Assembly (NCBI GenBank): GCA_000091205.1 | Contig: AP006484.2 | Reading direction: 5' to 3' (one strand) | Origin: Cyanidioschyzon merolae | Taxonomy: Eukaryota | DNA: 64,000 nucleotides | Part shown: piece by piece, positions 31,547 through 44,100 of the stretch | How positions within the stretch are numbered: position 1 is the stretch's first letter | Layout of the letters: each line of letters begins with the position of its first letter | Notes under the pieces: generated by a model | Seen by the model: the letters and a program-made list of their open reading frames with translations, nothing else | What the model was told of the DNA's origin: nothing | Databases searched by the model: none | Made by a program: the position numbers and the translations under genes

Positions 31547-32722
31547 GGATTCCAGATTGTGGGATGGATGGATGGATCTTGGCTATCGGCAAAGCGTCTT
31601 CCATAATGCAGCCTATCTCCAAATTCCATTATTTATGCTTCCTATAGGGTCTGCTGGTCGTTTTGTATATTCTATCGTGTGGCAAGTGCCTGCCTTGCTG
31701 CACCCGCAATAGCGCTAATACCGCTGGTGCAGATGCGTCACGGGGACAGATCGGCTTTGCCATACGACTGAGAGCGTCGCCCCGAGGCATGGAGCACCCA
31801 ACTCGAGTTCGGCTTTCGTTATCATTCTGGGCGCCTGCAAGCTCCGCAGCTAGACCTACTGCCTGCGACAGCGCGAAGCGATGTATTAGGAGTCCATCAG
31901 GATCGGCGCGATACCCAGATGCAGACTACCTGCTCCTAGTCCCGGAGTATCCTGCGTTGCGGAAGAGTCGCTCAGATCTCGCTAATGCACCTACCATTAG
32001 ATAGAGCCTGAAGCACTAGCCTGGCGGACTCGTTCGGCTCGCGGGACCTCTCGCCAGGAAGGTAAACTTTCGAAGATACGGAAACCTTTTCCCGTTTTTA
32101 AGGTTTACCATAAAGAAAGAAAAAAATTGTTATCTCGTTGCTGGTTATTGATTAGTCTCTGCACTTTGCTCTATGTAGCGTGGTCGATACGCGCACCTCC
32201 ATATCTGGCAGGCATGAGAAACAACGCGCTTTTCGCCTTTGATTGTGCATACGATCCTGACAGTTCGCCGGCTTGGTGACCTGACGGGCAAGTTGTATTT
32301 GCGTTGAAATAGTAGCAAATCATGTGTTTCATATTAATTGTTTTTCAACACTCAAGTGAGTGTATTCCAGTGATATTTCGCACGTCATAGAAGACGCGTT
32401 CAACGGGCGTTCTTTTTCAAGCAAAAAGGAAAATTATGGACATGGAATTCGGGCATCCGGGGGAGCGGGGGGCGGTGTCGCCTGCTGCGGAAAATACATA
32501 TGGAAAACAGTGCCGAGCAGTGCGGAACAGGAAAAGGCAGAGAAGCAGAAGAAGGGGGCCAGACGCCAAAGGCTGCAAGAAAGACGACGGAGCGACGAGA
32601 TAGTAGTGAAGGCCTCTCTTCATAGACATATCAAGGATCTGCTCAAGAAAAAAATGCAAGAGACCATCAGGAACCGCATCGAATCTTAATCCGTGAGTAT
32701 TATTAAGACTTTTTAAGGACTG

Positions 32723-34612
32723 ATGCATTTGGTGAAGGAGGTGTATCGCGACGTGACGAACAGCACAACAGCCGAGGTTCCCGAAGAATTTTCGAACAAG
32801 ACCATCATCTGCCACCTGTTGCTTGGCGCCGGGGAAAAGTCGAGGAGAAGCGAGCGATTACATGCCCTCCACGACAAATACACCAAGTACCGCTCCAGCG
32901 GTAATCTATACAGGGGAGACTTGCGTATTTATGAATACGGAGCGATGAAGTACCTCACGAATCTGAAGCACCATATGATCGTGAACCTCGAATGTTTCAT
33001 GACAAGCGACGTGTTTGCACAATGCCCGGGCCTCTCTCCTGAGGAAAGAGATGGGCCATCATCGACAGCATCACAAACGATTGTCGCGATGAACAGGAGA
33101 TTGAATTTGTCGACGGGCAGACATCACGCAGGAGAAAGAATGAAGCTTCTGTAATGCATTCGGTTGTACAAGAGAACCGTGCGGTTCTGGGGCTGGCGAA
33201 TCCAGCGGAAAATGTATTAGATGTAAAAAAGATAAAAATAGATTTTATCCCCTCATCTTGCGCTATTTCGCGTTTTTGGACCTAGAACCCGAACACAAAG
33301 CGGAGATGGAGCTGGTGGTGAGAAAAAATGAAGAGTCGCAGAAACGGAGGGCTTTCCTACTGAAGAAGCGCTTCGATGTTGTTGCGATATTCAAGATCAA
33401 GTGGCTCTTTGTGACAATCGACTCCAGCATCCTTCATGCCGTCATGAAGGAGACCAGTCGAGAGTTCGACGTGAGCAAATAGGAAATCACGGGTGAAAAC
33501 CGGGAGACTCATTGGAAGAAATTTTTCGATTTCAAACGTCTCAACAGGAGCAAGAAAAAGGTACTCTCGGGGATGATCGAAAGCGATGGGGTATCGATAT
33601 CTGTACACTATAGGCGCTTGAGGGCGGATCGTCCTGTTCCATCTTTGTTGTCGTCCTCGGCGAAGCATGAATATAAGAAGGATATAGATCCTGCGACGCA
33701 CGAGGTGCATGAGAACGACTGTGTCGTCGGAATCGACTGAGGGAACACGAATATTATCACCATCGCTGCATCTAGTTGTGGGGAAAATGATATCAACGAC
33801 AACTTACGGCGGAAAGGCGTGCAACTTTTAAATTACTAGAGAGCGAGATACTACCGGGAATCTGGGATAATCAATGCGAGGAAAAAAGTGAGACATGGAA
33901 TGCATGAGTGAAAGAGCACCTAGAAGCGATCAGCAAGGTGACGAGCAGCGGAGCGGACTCGCAAGCTTTTTGGGGATTCGTGAAAGTTCGCGCTGCTCAT
34001 TGGGAGGTGCTATGGAAAGAATATACAAAGCCCCGGTTGGCTTATCCACAGATGAAGCTGCACTGTGGGAAGCAGCGTGCATTCGACAACTTCTTCGATG
34101 AATTGAGCGCCCTCAAAGAGGAAAAGAGTCAGAGGTTCATAGTAGCTTATCGAGCAGGACGCTGGGTATTCGGAAAAGGGTTTTCACCCGCTCCACCCGC
34201 ATGAATGTACAAGGAGTGCGCATACCGTATTGCCACGACACCAATGGAAGAATTCCGAACGTCATACACACACCACGAGTCGGGGTGTGCATTCCAGCGG
34301 GTCGAGATGGAAAAGTGTCAGAGGAGCCCTGCATCCATAGAAAAGTACGGAGCGCTGACGGAAGAGCAAATGGAATAGAGGGCACGATTTAGAGGACTTG
34401 ATGCTTGCGTGAGTACAACCAACGAAAAGAATCAAATGGAGTTTGTGAACCAAGACTTTAATGCCGCTATCAATATAAGGAGATGCGCAGTGCCGGAGAA
34501 CAGACCTGCAGAGCTGATGAGAGAAAATCTTTGTGGGGTAGCCTCTGGGGGTAGAGTTGCACAAGGAGAAGTTGAAACCAGTAGTAGGGGGCTGTCAAAA
34601 AAAGACCGGTAG
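32723..34612 (+). pseudogene. TnpB/Fanzor-like (OMEGA-type RuvC + zinc-finger nuclease) gene, copy A, broken by frameshifts and an in-frame stop; the 5' boundary is uncertain and may reach ~32360
   Basis: The ORF fragments 33258-33482, 33895-34204, 34201-34392 and 34409-34612 are collinear with copies C and D. The RuvC-I-like block DCVVGID*GNTNIITIAA (~33720-33770) has a TGA inside GIDxG. The central block is MKEHLEAISKVTSSGADSQAFW...GKQRAFDNFFDELSALKEEKSQRFIVAY. The RuvC-III block is NQDFNAAINIRRCAVPENRPAELMRENLCG. A basic NLS-like segment KQKKGARRQRLQERRR lies upstream (32360-32689). Confidence 0.55.
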
Positions 34613-35556
34613 GCGTCTGCACATCAGTCGGTAGAAATATATAGTCTATGGCAGTCCGTATGCCACTCGCCACCACATTGCACCGGTTATGCAGCGTATG
34701 CCAATTGAAAGCCATTCGCTTCATATATGTATGCATCGGCACGTATGTATCAAATTGCTATTATTACGTGAAACTTCTGTTGAAGCTGATACGGATTTGC
34801 CAGCGACGAGTGCGCACTGTACGCAGTCTTCATGGGAACTCTGCGTCAATGCTTTGAGCTTCAGAGACATGCAATGCGCTAAGCGTCAGGGGTCTCGCAA
34901 GTACACGATCGAGGAGGTATCCGAGTGTCCACGCTGCATCGCAAGAACGCGATGCGCGACAATGCGGTTCATCTTGCGCTGAAGCACACATAAAAAATGT
35001 TTTCGGAACCAGAACGCGCAAAAGCGCGATCGGTGACCGACCGAAGGTCGTTTCTTACGCATCGAGTAGAGACCAAGACGCTGGATCATAAATTGGACCG
35101 TGGAGGAAAACGCCTCAGTCGAAGATTGACCTACTTCGAATGTCGCACCCGAAATCTGTTCTCCGAGCAGGGGAGCGATGCCTACTCAAAGAGTCTATGG
35201 CGCAGAGCAACGCTGTTTCAACCGAAACAGCGCTGCAGGCAGCGTTGTTGAAAACTGAGGCCGGCAAGGGCGAAGCATTCGAAGAGACACGCATCGCTGT
35301 GCAGCTCAGTGAATCTTTACAGTGACGGGAATCGGAAACTCAGGTTTGCCTGCACGTGCCTCGTTCGGCGACTTGCACTTTGTTCACCGGGAAATGCCCA
35401 TCCAGGCGTGCGCGTCGACCACAGAAAAAGGCGCTTTCCAGACGGCTGCAAAGTCCATGCAGACTCTGTGGGCTTGAACTGCGCGCAACTTCGGGGCTGT
35501 GTAATCTCGGGAGAGTCGGCGATGAAGCGCTCATCAATCGCGCGGTCCAATCGCCG

Positions 35557-38500
35557 TCATGAGCACGTACGCATATCGTTTCTGGTTGCACTCGCAGCAT
35601 CCACAAACGGTACATCCGGATTCAGAAACGGGTGCGCGAGCAACTCGGGGATGCTGGCCCTTCGAACGGGATCCCGCTGCAGACAACGTCGTAGCGTATC
35701 CATGAGCGCTGCGGCCGATGCCTCCGAGCCTATGCCCTGGATCCCAGCCACAGGCGGGTACGCAATGTCGTACGTCGGGTCCGTGATGCAGCGGAGCTTT
35801 TGAATCACGTTCAGGTGTGAGAATGGCGTGCGGCCGTACACCATTTGGTACAGGATGCAGCCGAGTGACCAGATGTCACTGGGGCGTCCCAGCTTGTAGC
35901 GGCGCCGCGAGGGAGCCGCCGCCGTCTCGCCGCTGGCGCCAGCGGAAGCTGCCTCGTTGGTATCCAGAATTGCCTCAGGGGACATGTAGTTCAGGGTACC
36001 CACCTGACTCTCGCGGACAATGTTGGTGGTGTCGTTCTGAATCGCCTTGGCGATGCCAAAGTCAATGAGCTTCAGGACACCCTCAACGAAAAGAAAGTTG
36101 GCTGGCTTGAGGTCGGAGTGCACGATGCGCTCTTCATGAATGGTATGAACCGCTTCCAGCATCTGCTGCCAGTAGAGACGCAGAAAGTTCGCATGCAAGG
36201 GTCGTCCAGCGTTGCGCAGTAACAGCCTCGCGAGGTCAATCTCGCCATACTCCATGACGAGGTAAATGAGACCAGCGTGCTCGCGCACCTCCGAAGCGAT
36301 CAGCTGGATGATATTGTCGCGGCCGCGGAGGCGCTGCAGCAACGCAATCTCGTTGCAGTAGCTCCGGAGCGTCTCGCGATCGGCCTTGCGGATGCGAATG
36401 CGTTTCAGCGCGAAAATCTTCCGGGTTCGCGCGCACATCACCTTGAACACCTTGGAAGATCCCCCACGCCCGACGATTTCTAGCTTGATGTACGGGTATC
36501 CACCAACGTGCACCACAGTGTCGGCGAGGCTTGGCGGTAGGCTCAGCAGGCTCGTGCCGTCACCACCGTCAGATGGAGCCACATTCTCCTTCCCAGCGTC
36601 CAGGCGTCGCAGCGGTCGACGGGGCGCCGCTGCAGCCTCAGCAACTGCCGATCCCTGCACGGCAACAGGGCCGTCGACGGAGCGCTGCATCCCGCGGGGC
36701 TGTTGCGCTGTCGGTGCGTGCGCTTCTCGCGCTGCGGGTGCCACGCACGCACCTGTTCTGATGGACACGTGTCCTGCTGATGCATCGTTTCCCGCGCATC
36801 GTCGCGATTTGCTGTCGATCGGGTTCGATGCCGCGGCAGCCGGGCGCTCATCCGGCGCCGCCTGGGTACCATCAGGCACACCAGCAGGCACATTACGAGA
36901 TATAATGTGAGGCGCTTGACTGGCTTCGGGGTCGCCTTGAGCGCGCTGCATCGGCCAGCGATCGGTCGTCGAGGATTGCCGGGCCGGCACCGCATCCACT
37001 GCGAGTTCGATTGCCTGTGGCGACTGCCGGAGACGCGTCCACGGCGGGGGTGTCGTCGAGGCAGCCGGATCCCGGTCGATGCGCGGTGATGAGAGCGCCG
37101 CCTCTGCACCGCCTGCAGCGTCGAGGGCAGTGCGAGCGCGATGCTCATCGCGAGACGCTTGGTGCGGTGGTGAGAGCGTGGCGCGCTGCTCTGGAGCAGT
37201 CTCCACGGAGCGATGCCAAGACATGGCTGTCGCTGGGGCGTCCTCATCTGGCGGTGGAATGCCGGCACCAGTGCCGGTCGCGGTGCTGAACCCGGTCAGT
37301 GCGGCTGGGTCGAGCGCGGTGGCGAGCCCCGCACCAGATGGTGCCTTGCCAACCCGCGCAGCAGGCTGTAACACATCCGCCGTGATCGTCAGCAGAGAGG
37401 CGGCATCGGGCGCGTCGGCGCTGTGGCCGCTGCTATGGTGCGCGCTGCGCACCACTTCTGGCACGGCGTTTTCAGGGTCCGATGACGCGCACAGCCAGAA
37501 ACACGTGCCGCGCATAAACTGCTCAGCTGCCTCTCGCCGAGCAGCTGCCTCCTCTTCGAGCTTTCGCGCCTTGCGCTCGTTTCCCAATCGCCGCTCGAAA
37601 CGCGCCCATAGCTCGCAGATGCGCGGGTCATGCTCGCCAATGCGCTCTGCTTTCAGGTAGCGAAAAGTATCTCGTAGCTCCTCGGCGTCCTCCTGCTCTG
37701 TGAGTGCCATTTGAAAGCGGACGGCTCCCAGCCAGAGCTCGACATAGTCGCTGTTTCGTCGGTGGCCTCGCGCAGGCACCGCCCGCGTTGCCCGTTCATA
37801 GAGCCGCTGCAGGAGGCGCAACACTGCACGCGCCCTGGCGTCGGTGGTGGGGGTACGCGGTGGCATCCCGCTCGGCAGGAGTGCCCGCTCCAGCGACTGC
37901 AGGAAAGACAGCCAAGTACTCGGACACGACGGCCGCGCGGCGAGTGTCCGCAGGTGCGTGGTGTCGGCACGGGCGAGCGCAGTCTCCAGCGCCTCGAACG
38001 CATATTCCCGATACGCTGGTGGAACCAGAGTCAGAGGCGAGGATCCGAACACCTCGCGGAACGTTGCAGTCCAAGACGCGCTCGGCAACGCGCTCAAGGT
38101 GCGTGGATGCGGCGCTACGGCTGCAGGTGTCTCTGTGCGCTGCGCTTGCGGCGACGTAGCCCCTGGGTCGACTGGTGCCGGTATCAGGTGATCTGCGGCA
38201 TCGCCTCCTGTGCCGACGGCCGCCACAACGTGCAAGCGCAGTAGCGGCGGCGTCATCAGGCCCTCGGCGCTTCGCGTCGGTGAGCACGGCGAGCGCGAAG
38301 CACTGCTGTGCGTCTGCTCCGCCGACTGGCGACGACCTCGAAGCTGCTGAACGCGTAGGCGCAACTTCTCCAGGGTCTCTCGTGTCGGGCGCTTCAGGTG
38401 ACTCGAAGCCGATGTCTCGCTCGTCGCGCTGCTGGCCTGGTCGGGTGCCTGCGCATACGCGTCCGTCGCCACTGCGTCCAGCTGTCCCGCACGGCGGTTT

Positions 38501-38730
38501 AACGCTTGCTTCGACCCCAAAACCCACTTTTCCGAGTCGCTGGCCTCGGGAGTCGCATCACGGCCGCCTGACATGTAGAAATCAAAGCCAAAGCGACGAG
38601 CGGTTGCCGCCTTGCCGGAGCCAGAGCTGCCGCAACGACCTAGAGAGCGACACAAGGGCACTGCTGCTGTGGACGCGGGCCACAGCGCTTCTGCTCCGCC
38701 CCGATAGCGGGCGTTCAAAATTTCGGGCAA
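35557..38730 (-). CDS. MPS1: Mps1/TTK-family dual-specificity protein kinase (spindle-checkpoint kinase), with the kinase domain at the C-terminus
   Basis: YIKLEIVGRGGSSKVFKV...LKRIRIRKADRETLRSYCNEIALLQRL, IVHSDLKPANFLFVEGVLKLIDFGIAKAIQNDTTNIVRESQVGTLNYMSPEAI, DIWSLGCILYQMVYGRTPF and IPELLAHPF match the human TTK kinase domain almost motif for motif. The ORF is 1057 aa, with a long low-complexity Ala/Pro/Arg-rich N-terminal region. Confidence 0.9.
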   Translation of the reverse strand: MPEILNARYRGGAEALWPASTAAVPLCRSLGRCGSSGSGKAATARRFGFDFYMSGGRDATPEASDSEKWVLGSKQALNRRAGQLDAVATDAYAQAPDQASSATSETSASSHLKRPTRETLEKLRLRVQQLRGRRQSAEQTHSSASRSPCSPTRSAEGLMTPPLLRLHVVAAVGTGGDAADHLIPAPVDPGATSPQAQRTETPAAVAPHPRTLSALPSASWTATFREVFGSSPLTLVPPAYREYAFEALETALARADTTHLRTLAARPSCPSTWLSFLQSLERALLPSGMPPRTPTTDARARAVLRLLQRLYERATRAVPARGHRRNSDYVELWLGAVRFQMALTEQEDAEELRDTFRYLKAERIGEHDPRICELWARFERRLGNERKARKLEEEAAARREAAEQFMRGTCFWLCASSDPENAVPEVVRSAHHSSGHSADAPDAASLLTITADVLQPAARVGKAPSGAGLATALDPAALTGFSTATGTGAGIPPPDEDAPATAMSWHRSVETAPEQRATLSPPHQASRDEHRARTALDAAGGAEAALSSPRIDRDPAASTTPPPWTRLRQSPQAIELAVDAVPARQSSTTDRWPMQRAQGDPEASQAPHIISRNVPAGVPDGTQAAPDERPAAAASNPIDSKSRRCAGNDASAGHVSIRTGACVAPAAREAHAPTAQQPRGMQRSVDGPVAVQGSAVAEAAAAPRRPLRRLDAGKENVAPSDGGDGTSLLSLPPSLADTVVHVGGYPYIKLEIVGRGGSSKVFKVMCARTRKIFALKRIRIRKADRETLRSYCNEIALLQRLRGRDNIIQLIASEVREHAGLIYLVMEYGEIDLARLLLRNAGRPLHANFLRLYWQQMLEAVHTIHEERIVHSDLKPANFLFVEGVLKLIDFGIAKAIQNDTTNIVRESQVGTLNYMSPEAILDTNEAASAGASGETAAAPSRRRYKLGRPSDIWSLGCILYQMVYGRTPFSHLNVIQKLRCITDPTYDIAYPPVAGIQGIGSEASAAALMDTLRRCLQRDPVRRASIPELLAHPFLNPDVPFVDAASATRNDMRTCS

Positions 38731-39664
38731 TCGATGCAGGCGCTCACGACATCATGAACATTCTAGAACGTAATTGTACAGAGCAAACATATGCCCGCAG
38801 CGGGACGCGTTCCATCATTCCTGTCCGATATCGCCGATACCGTGCGCGAACACGCCCGGATACCAGCGCACCGACGTGTGCTCCACCGCAGATGCGCTCA
38901 CGCTGTACCGACTCCAGAACGGTTTTTCTTTAAACAACGACAGCTTCGTGGAGCCAGCGACCTGCCGAGTGCCGGACGTTCACCGAACGACACCTCGATT
39001 GCGAACAGGAGGTAGCGCGTACCCCAATAGCCGGTATCCATAGCACGTCACAGCTACCTGTAGGGCGTCGAAGGCGCATCCCTTGGGGGCATACGCACAA
39101 CTGGCAGTACGGATGCACGTATGCATACGGCCGTCGATAGAGGCACGTCGATCACGTCCATTGCATCGAAGGATGGGCCGATCCGTGTACGTGCAGGTAA
39201 CGCGCACATTCTGTACCTTGGGCGAGAGCGCCTCAAAGCGACATGCGCTGGGCGACAGCACGGCGTGTTCGCAGTGTCGTGACTACCACGGATGTGCTTG
39301 CAATGACACCGCGCGACGACTAAAGCGCATCCGCCCAGTTCGCAGCGATTATCCGCAAGCAGCCTCTGATGTCGGCGGGCACCCAAATTTTCGCAAAACG
39401 CGCAATACGTCCTCCAAATCACTGTTGCCTGTTGGCGGCGTCTCGATGGCGACAAGGATGGAACTGGTACGCTTCGATCTGACGGGGCGGATGCATCTGC
39501 CCGGAGACGGAATGCAGGACACCACTGCGGGACCCAGGTCCCGGGCACGCTCTATGGACTTTGTCGAAACACGTGAGCGAACGTCCAGAAATGTTTATTA
39601 AAGTCACACGAGGTGCTGCACAGGTACGCAGCTCGAGGTCGATGCCGCCATGCACGTCTCGTCC

Positions 39665-40387
39665 TCAATCCGAATCCGATGGTGCGTCGCGGGACTCGGC
39701 ATCAGGGTGCAGGCTCACGCCGGTGATCCGGTGCCGCCGAAGCGTTTTCGCAAGGCGCTCCAATGAAAAGCGCACTCCAGCGCGGCCCGCAATGACCCAC
39801 TCGCCCAGACCGGCAAAGGTGCGCACGACCTGTTGGTTCCGGATCAGCAGAATCGATGGTAGGACCTGGACGCCGAGCCGCTCGCACATGGACGGAAACC
39901 GTTCCGCCTCAGCGACCCAAAAGCGCGTCTCCAGATGCTGCTGTGCCAGGGAACGCAACGCGTGTGCGAGCGCATCCTGCAGCGGCTGGGTTTCGGGCGC
40001 TGTTCGCAAACGCCAAAACACGCCAACAACGCGCTCTGAGGATCGGCAGGCCTCGAGGAGCGCCTCCTCGTCATCAAGTTCATGCAGCCTACCATGCCCG
40101 AGCGCGCACCATCGGGAGCGCGCAGCCGCTGCTCGCTTCAGCGCCTCCAGACGACGCTCGCGCAGCGCTTCGAGCTCGGGGTCCGTCTCGGTCGTCGTCG
40201 CAGAAGCGCCGAAAGAGGCGCCGCGCTCCTGCTCCCGAAGCTCCCCGTCCAGGATAGCCTCCACACGCTCGGCAACTGCCTCGACAACACGCTGCACTGC
40301 GCTTTGGGAGCCAGTCGCAGGCTCTTTCCGGGCAAATCCCTGCGTGCCCCCGAGCGCTGCCACACTCGACGACTGCGACGTCGGCAT
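39665..40387 (-). CDS. TXNDC9: thioredoxin-fold phosducin-like protein (TXNDC9 / PhLP3 / Plp1 family)
   Basis: VVGVFWRL...LRSLAQQHLETRFWVAEAERFPSMCERLGVQVLPSILLIRNQQVV parallels human TXNDC9 [35 protein letters not shown]. An acidic coiled N-terminus precedes it. Confidence 0.7.
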   Translation of the reverse strand: MPTSQSSSVAALGGTQGFARKEPATGSQSAVQRVVEAVAERVEAILDGELREQERGASFGASATTTETDPELEALRERRLEALKRAAAARSRWCALGHGRLHELDDEEALLEACRSSERVVGVFWRLRTAPETQPLQDALAHALRSLAQQHLETRFWVAEAERFPSMCERLGVQVLPSILLIRNQQVVRTFAGLGEWVIAGRAGVRFSLERLAKTLRRHRITGVSLHPDAESRDAPSDSD

Positions 40388-41109
40388 GGCTCCAGTTTCG
40401 ACAGCACCTTGGCCGTTGTTGCGTTGCTTCCCACGCCCGAGCGCTGATCAGTGTCAAACAGGCACGCTGTGACACCCTGGTGCTCCGAGCACCAACGCAG
40501 GTACCGCCTACTGGTGCCAGACGATCAAAAAAGTCCCGAGTCACCACACACCGCCCTCTGATCACAGCGCCTGCCTCTAAGCGTCGACGCTGCCTTCTCG
40601 AGTTGCCGGTGTGAGTAGCCCCAAGTTGCCGCTAGAGCACACTCACAAGTCCGTGGAATCCTATAGACGGCGCTCTTACGGGAACACTCCACAGACGCGG
40701 CAGTGATGGCCGTACGCGCGCATCCGCTGCACGTTCGATTTTACCATCGCATGCAGGATGTGCACACTGGGGTGCGGGGTGCCCGCTTCAGAATCGCCCC
40801 TCGCTGGACACGGGCAGAAGATGGCCGTCTGTACACCTAGCGCCGCGGATCTCGGTGTACGCCGTCGAGCGCTGCGCGCCAGTACAGTACAGGTCGCACT
40901 GGGAACGCATCTTGGAGCGAATCAACCTTCTCGTGAGAGCATCTGCATAAAGCTACGTCTTGAGTTTCGTAACCAATTGGTTAAGGCCTCCGCTCAACAG
41001 TCAGCGACAAATCATGCTTTTGCGAGTCCTCCGGAGAATAAGCTGCAGAAAAATATGCACGAACAGCGGCATGATATGCAAAATGGTTCCGCGTGGAAGC
41101 GTTCTTTGA

Positions 41110-44100
41110 TTACCCGAAAAGAACAGCTACACCTTCCAGCGCAGTATCGTCGTCACCATTGATCGATTCATCTTCAAGATCCATGGTATACAACTGTGTC
41201 CGCTTTTTCCAACTCTGCAGTAGCCTTACCGAAAGCGGCCTGTGCTTCTGGGACGCCATCTTCGATGAGGGGAACGCCATCGCAGCTTCGTTCAACTGCG
41301 TGCTCGCCCCGTGATTGAAGCTGCGTCTCACAGCCACGTTACCAAGAGCTCGCATACGCTCGCCACCATTTTCGCCGGGAAACATCGAGGCGTTCGGATG
41401 CTTACTAGGGAGCTCGCTCGTAGTGAAACATGCCGGACTGAAGCCACGCCTGTAGAGTTCATCGTTGACTGCGGCGTGCACCTTTCGCACGTCTTCGGGG
41501 CGGCTGTACCATCTCTCGTCTGTCAAGGCCCTAGCGATCGAGTTTTCCAACTGCAGTAGCGACTCCGTGTCTATTGCCAAATAGCCCTCCGCCGGGTGTA
41601 TCCAGAAGCTCAAGTGCTTTCGCAGGAACGCGAAAGCTTTCCGAGACGCACTCTCAAAATGCCAGTCCAGACACTTGCGCAAAAAATCTCGGGCCCAATT
41701 GAATAACTGCACGCGTCGGCTGCAGCTTTCGAGCTTCAGCATCGCGACAGCTAACTCGACGAGCGCAACAGCGGCTTGGTCAAAAGCTTCGTTTGCGGAA
41801 GATGCTTCGTTCGCGTGGGGAGCGCCATGGAGAACCTCATCCATCGTACTGGATTCCTCATCGGAAACCTCTTCATAAGCAAGTTGACCAATGCGTTCAG
41901 CAGTTGCCCGCAACAGCGGTAACCAGATCTCCGTCACATCAGTTTCCCAGATATCACTGCCCTGGTGTGCTTGTGCCTCGCATTGGAGCAGAGTCTTCAT
42001 CACGTGACGCACAATGAGGGCTAGATACTCGATGTCAACTTGAGGAATCCCTCTTAGACAGATTTCTCGATAAAATTTCAGGGCATCCGGATCAGGATCG
42101 AGCGCAAGCATCCGCTGGAAGAGAAGCAGGCCTCGTGCGGAGATGTGAATGAACGAACGACGCGTTTTCAGCAACTCCTTTCGGTGCTGCCTGGAGTCGG
42201 CGATCGCCTCAGGAAGCAATCCGGCTCTGAGCATCCATTCCATGACCAACCGGTACCACTGAGCGATCTCGATTCGAGAAGGGGCAAGCACTGAAATGTC
42301 TCCACGACCATCAGGGCGTAGGCTGAATAAATGGTTCAGAGCAGCTACCATTTGAGGAAGCGTCGTTGGGAGCAGTTCTCCAAACATGACGGTTTGCTTC
42401 CATATGCTATGTTTCATGCTTACGCTTAGCATTTGTTCAAACAAGGTCAAAAGTTGAAGAAGACAGGTGCGATTGGTGTCTGCATCAGCTGAGGGTGCCA
42501 AGAAAGCTATAAGGAAGCGTTCCGGATCTCGAAGGACTTCGTGCTGAAGAGCCATTGTTTTCCAGATTCCCAAGGTCTCCTCTAAAAGCGCGTTCAAAAC
42601 AGGTATGCTCTTTTCCGGAGAGTCGAGAGAACACACGATAACTGGAACGCACTTCAAAAGCGAGCATCGAGCTGGAAAGGGCATCGGTGCCTCACGCAGC
42701 GCTTGTTGGATGGACGGCAGCAGTACTTGTGCGCCCGAAACTGTTTCGCTCCCTTCTGACCGCAAGAGAAGCGCTAAGATTCCTCTACACAGAGCGTCAA
42801 ACCACTTTTCCCTCCGATGCAAGCCCATTGCAGACCACCGAGCATGCTCTGTGCATGGTAGCTGTTGGATACGCTCAAGCACTCGCAGTGCCGCTTGTAT
42901 GGTGCGTATCTGTGCGCCTTCGATTCTGGCGAGCAGCGGGGCACACCCGAAAAAAACATGCAAAATCATATGAATCTTATTGGCATCTTGGTCCAGGTCA
43001 AGCGTATCCACCATGCTCAGGACAAACTCAACTCGTTCACCAAGCTGCAGAACTTGAGTCAGTCGAGCGTTTTCCTCGCCTCCAACCTCAGAGCTAGCGC
43101 CTCGCGAGGATGTCTTAGAAACCCCTGGAGGTTTCGAAACACCAGATCCTCGTCCAAGGCTCGGAAGCAATGGCGCGAGGACCTCACTCATTGTGAAAAA
43201 CATTACTTCTCGTGTCTCATCTAACAGCATTTCGATAAACAAGGCTGATTCGGCATCGCTTGGGTACTGCCCGTTTCGAACAGAAAGCAGTCCCCTCCAG
43301 AAACTATGCAAATGTGCCGGCTCTTCGCGAAAGCAGAATTGCTCCATGACCGGGCCTGTGCTTCTGCGATTTCTGTGGCAATCCATGCGGTCTACAGCAC
43401 GCGTAACGACCCAGTCCAGACACGCATCTCGCCAATTCTGACAGATTTTTCGAAGAAAATCTCGCGTTCGACTCCTCAGAGACGAATTCAGTTTTGGCTG
43501 CTCAGCGTTGCGCGACAGAACAAAACTCATGAGGCGCCAGCGCGGATCATTTGCGTCCAAGACCGAATTTTCCACGATATCCTTTCCTGTGAACAAATAG
43601 GCAGGTAGGCTTGTGTCCATGCAGCACCGCATCCACGCCGCATCGAGCAGCACAACGACGCACTGCGCGGTGAGAACCGTCTTCAGCACCTGATCGCGGC
43701 AACAAAAAGCCAGCGCAAGTTCTGCAATCGAGGCCCACGGGTGGCTCACTAGTCGCCCTAACAGAAGTATGAATGATGACCATATTGCAGGGCGTTCTTG
43801 CAGATGAGTGAGCGTCGACTCGAACGCGAGAAAAGTGAGTTCTATGACCGCTTGAAGCAAAGATAGCCTTTCCTCCCATCTGATCGGAGCATCTATGAGC
43901 AATCCGACGTCACCTGTATATGCTTCGTCGAAACATATGACGAAGCTTATAAGTGTTTCCAAGAGAGAGCCCAGCACGTCACGCTGCTTCGGCAGCATCG
44001 GCTGTGCCCTGGTGATCCAGCAACCGAGCGCTTCGATGGCTAACCAGTCGTAATCTGCACAAGCTACAAGCCGGTCTCCAAACATTTGTTCAAATCTCCG

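Noticed and set aside
36386-38933. Many long plus-strand ORFs (for example 36386-36910, 37079-37660, 37711-38244, 38175-38933) and the minus ORF 37796-38527 overlap the Mps1/TTK gene.
   Set aside because: They are Arg/Ala/Pro/Ser-rich with no motifs. They lie antisense or out of frame to a gene whose kinase domain is unambiguous. Long spurious ORFs of this kind are expected in the GC-rich, low-complexity N-terminal half.
39561-40472. A plus ORF of 303 aa, extremely Ser/Arg/Ala-rich, lies opposite the TXNDC9-like gene.
   Set aside because: It has low-complexity composition and is antisense to a gene with a clear thioredoxin-fold match. It is an artefact of GC-rich codon usage.
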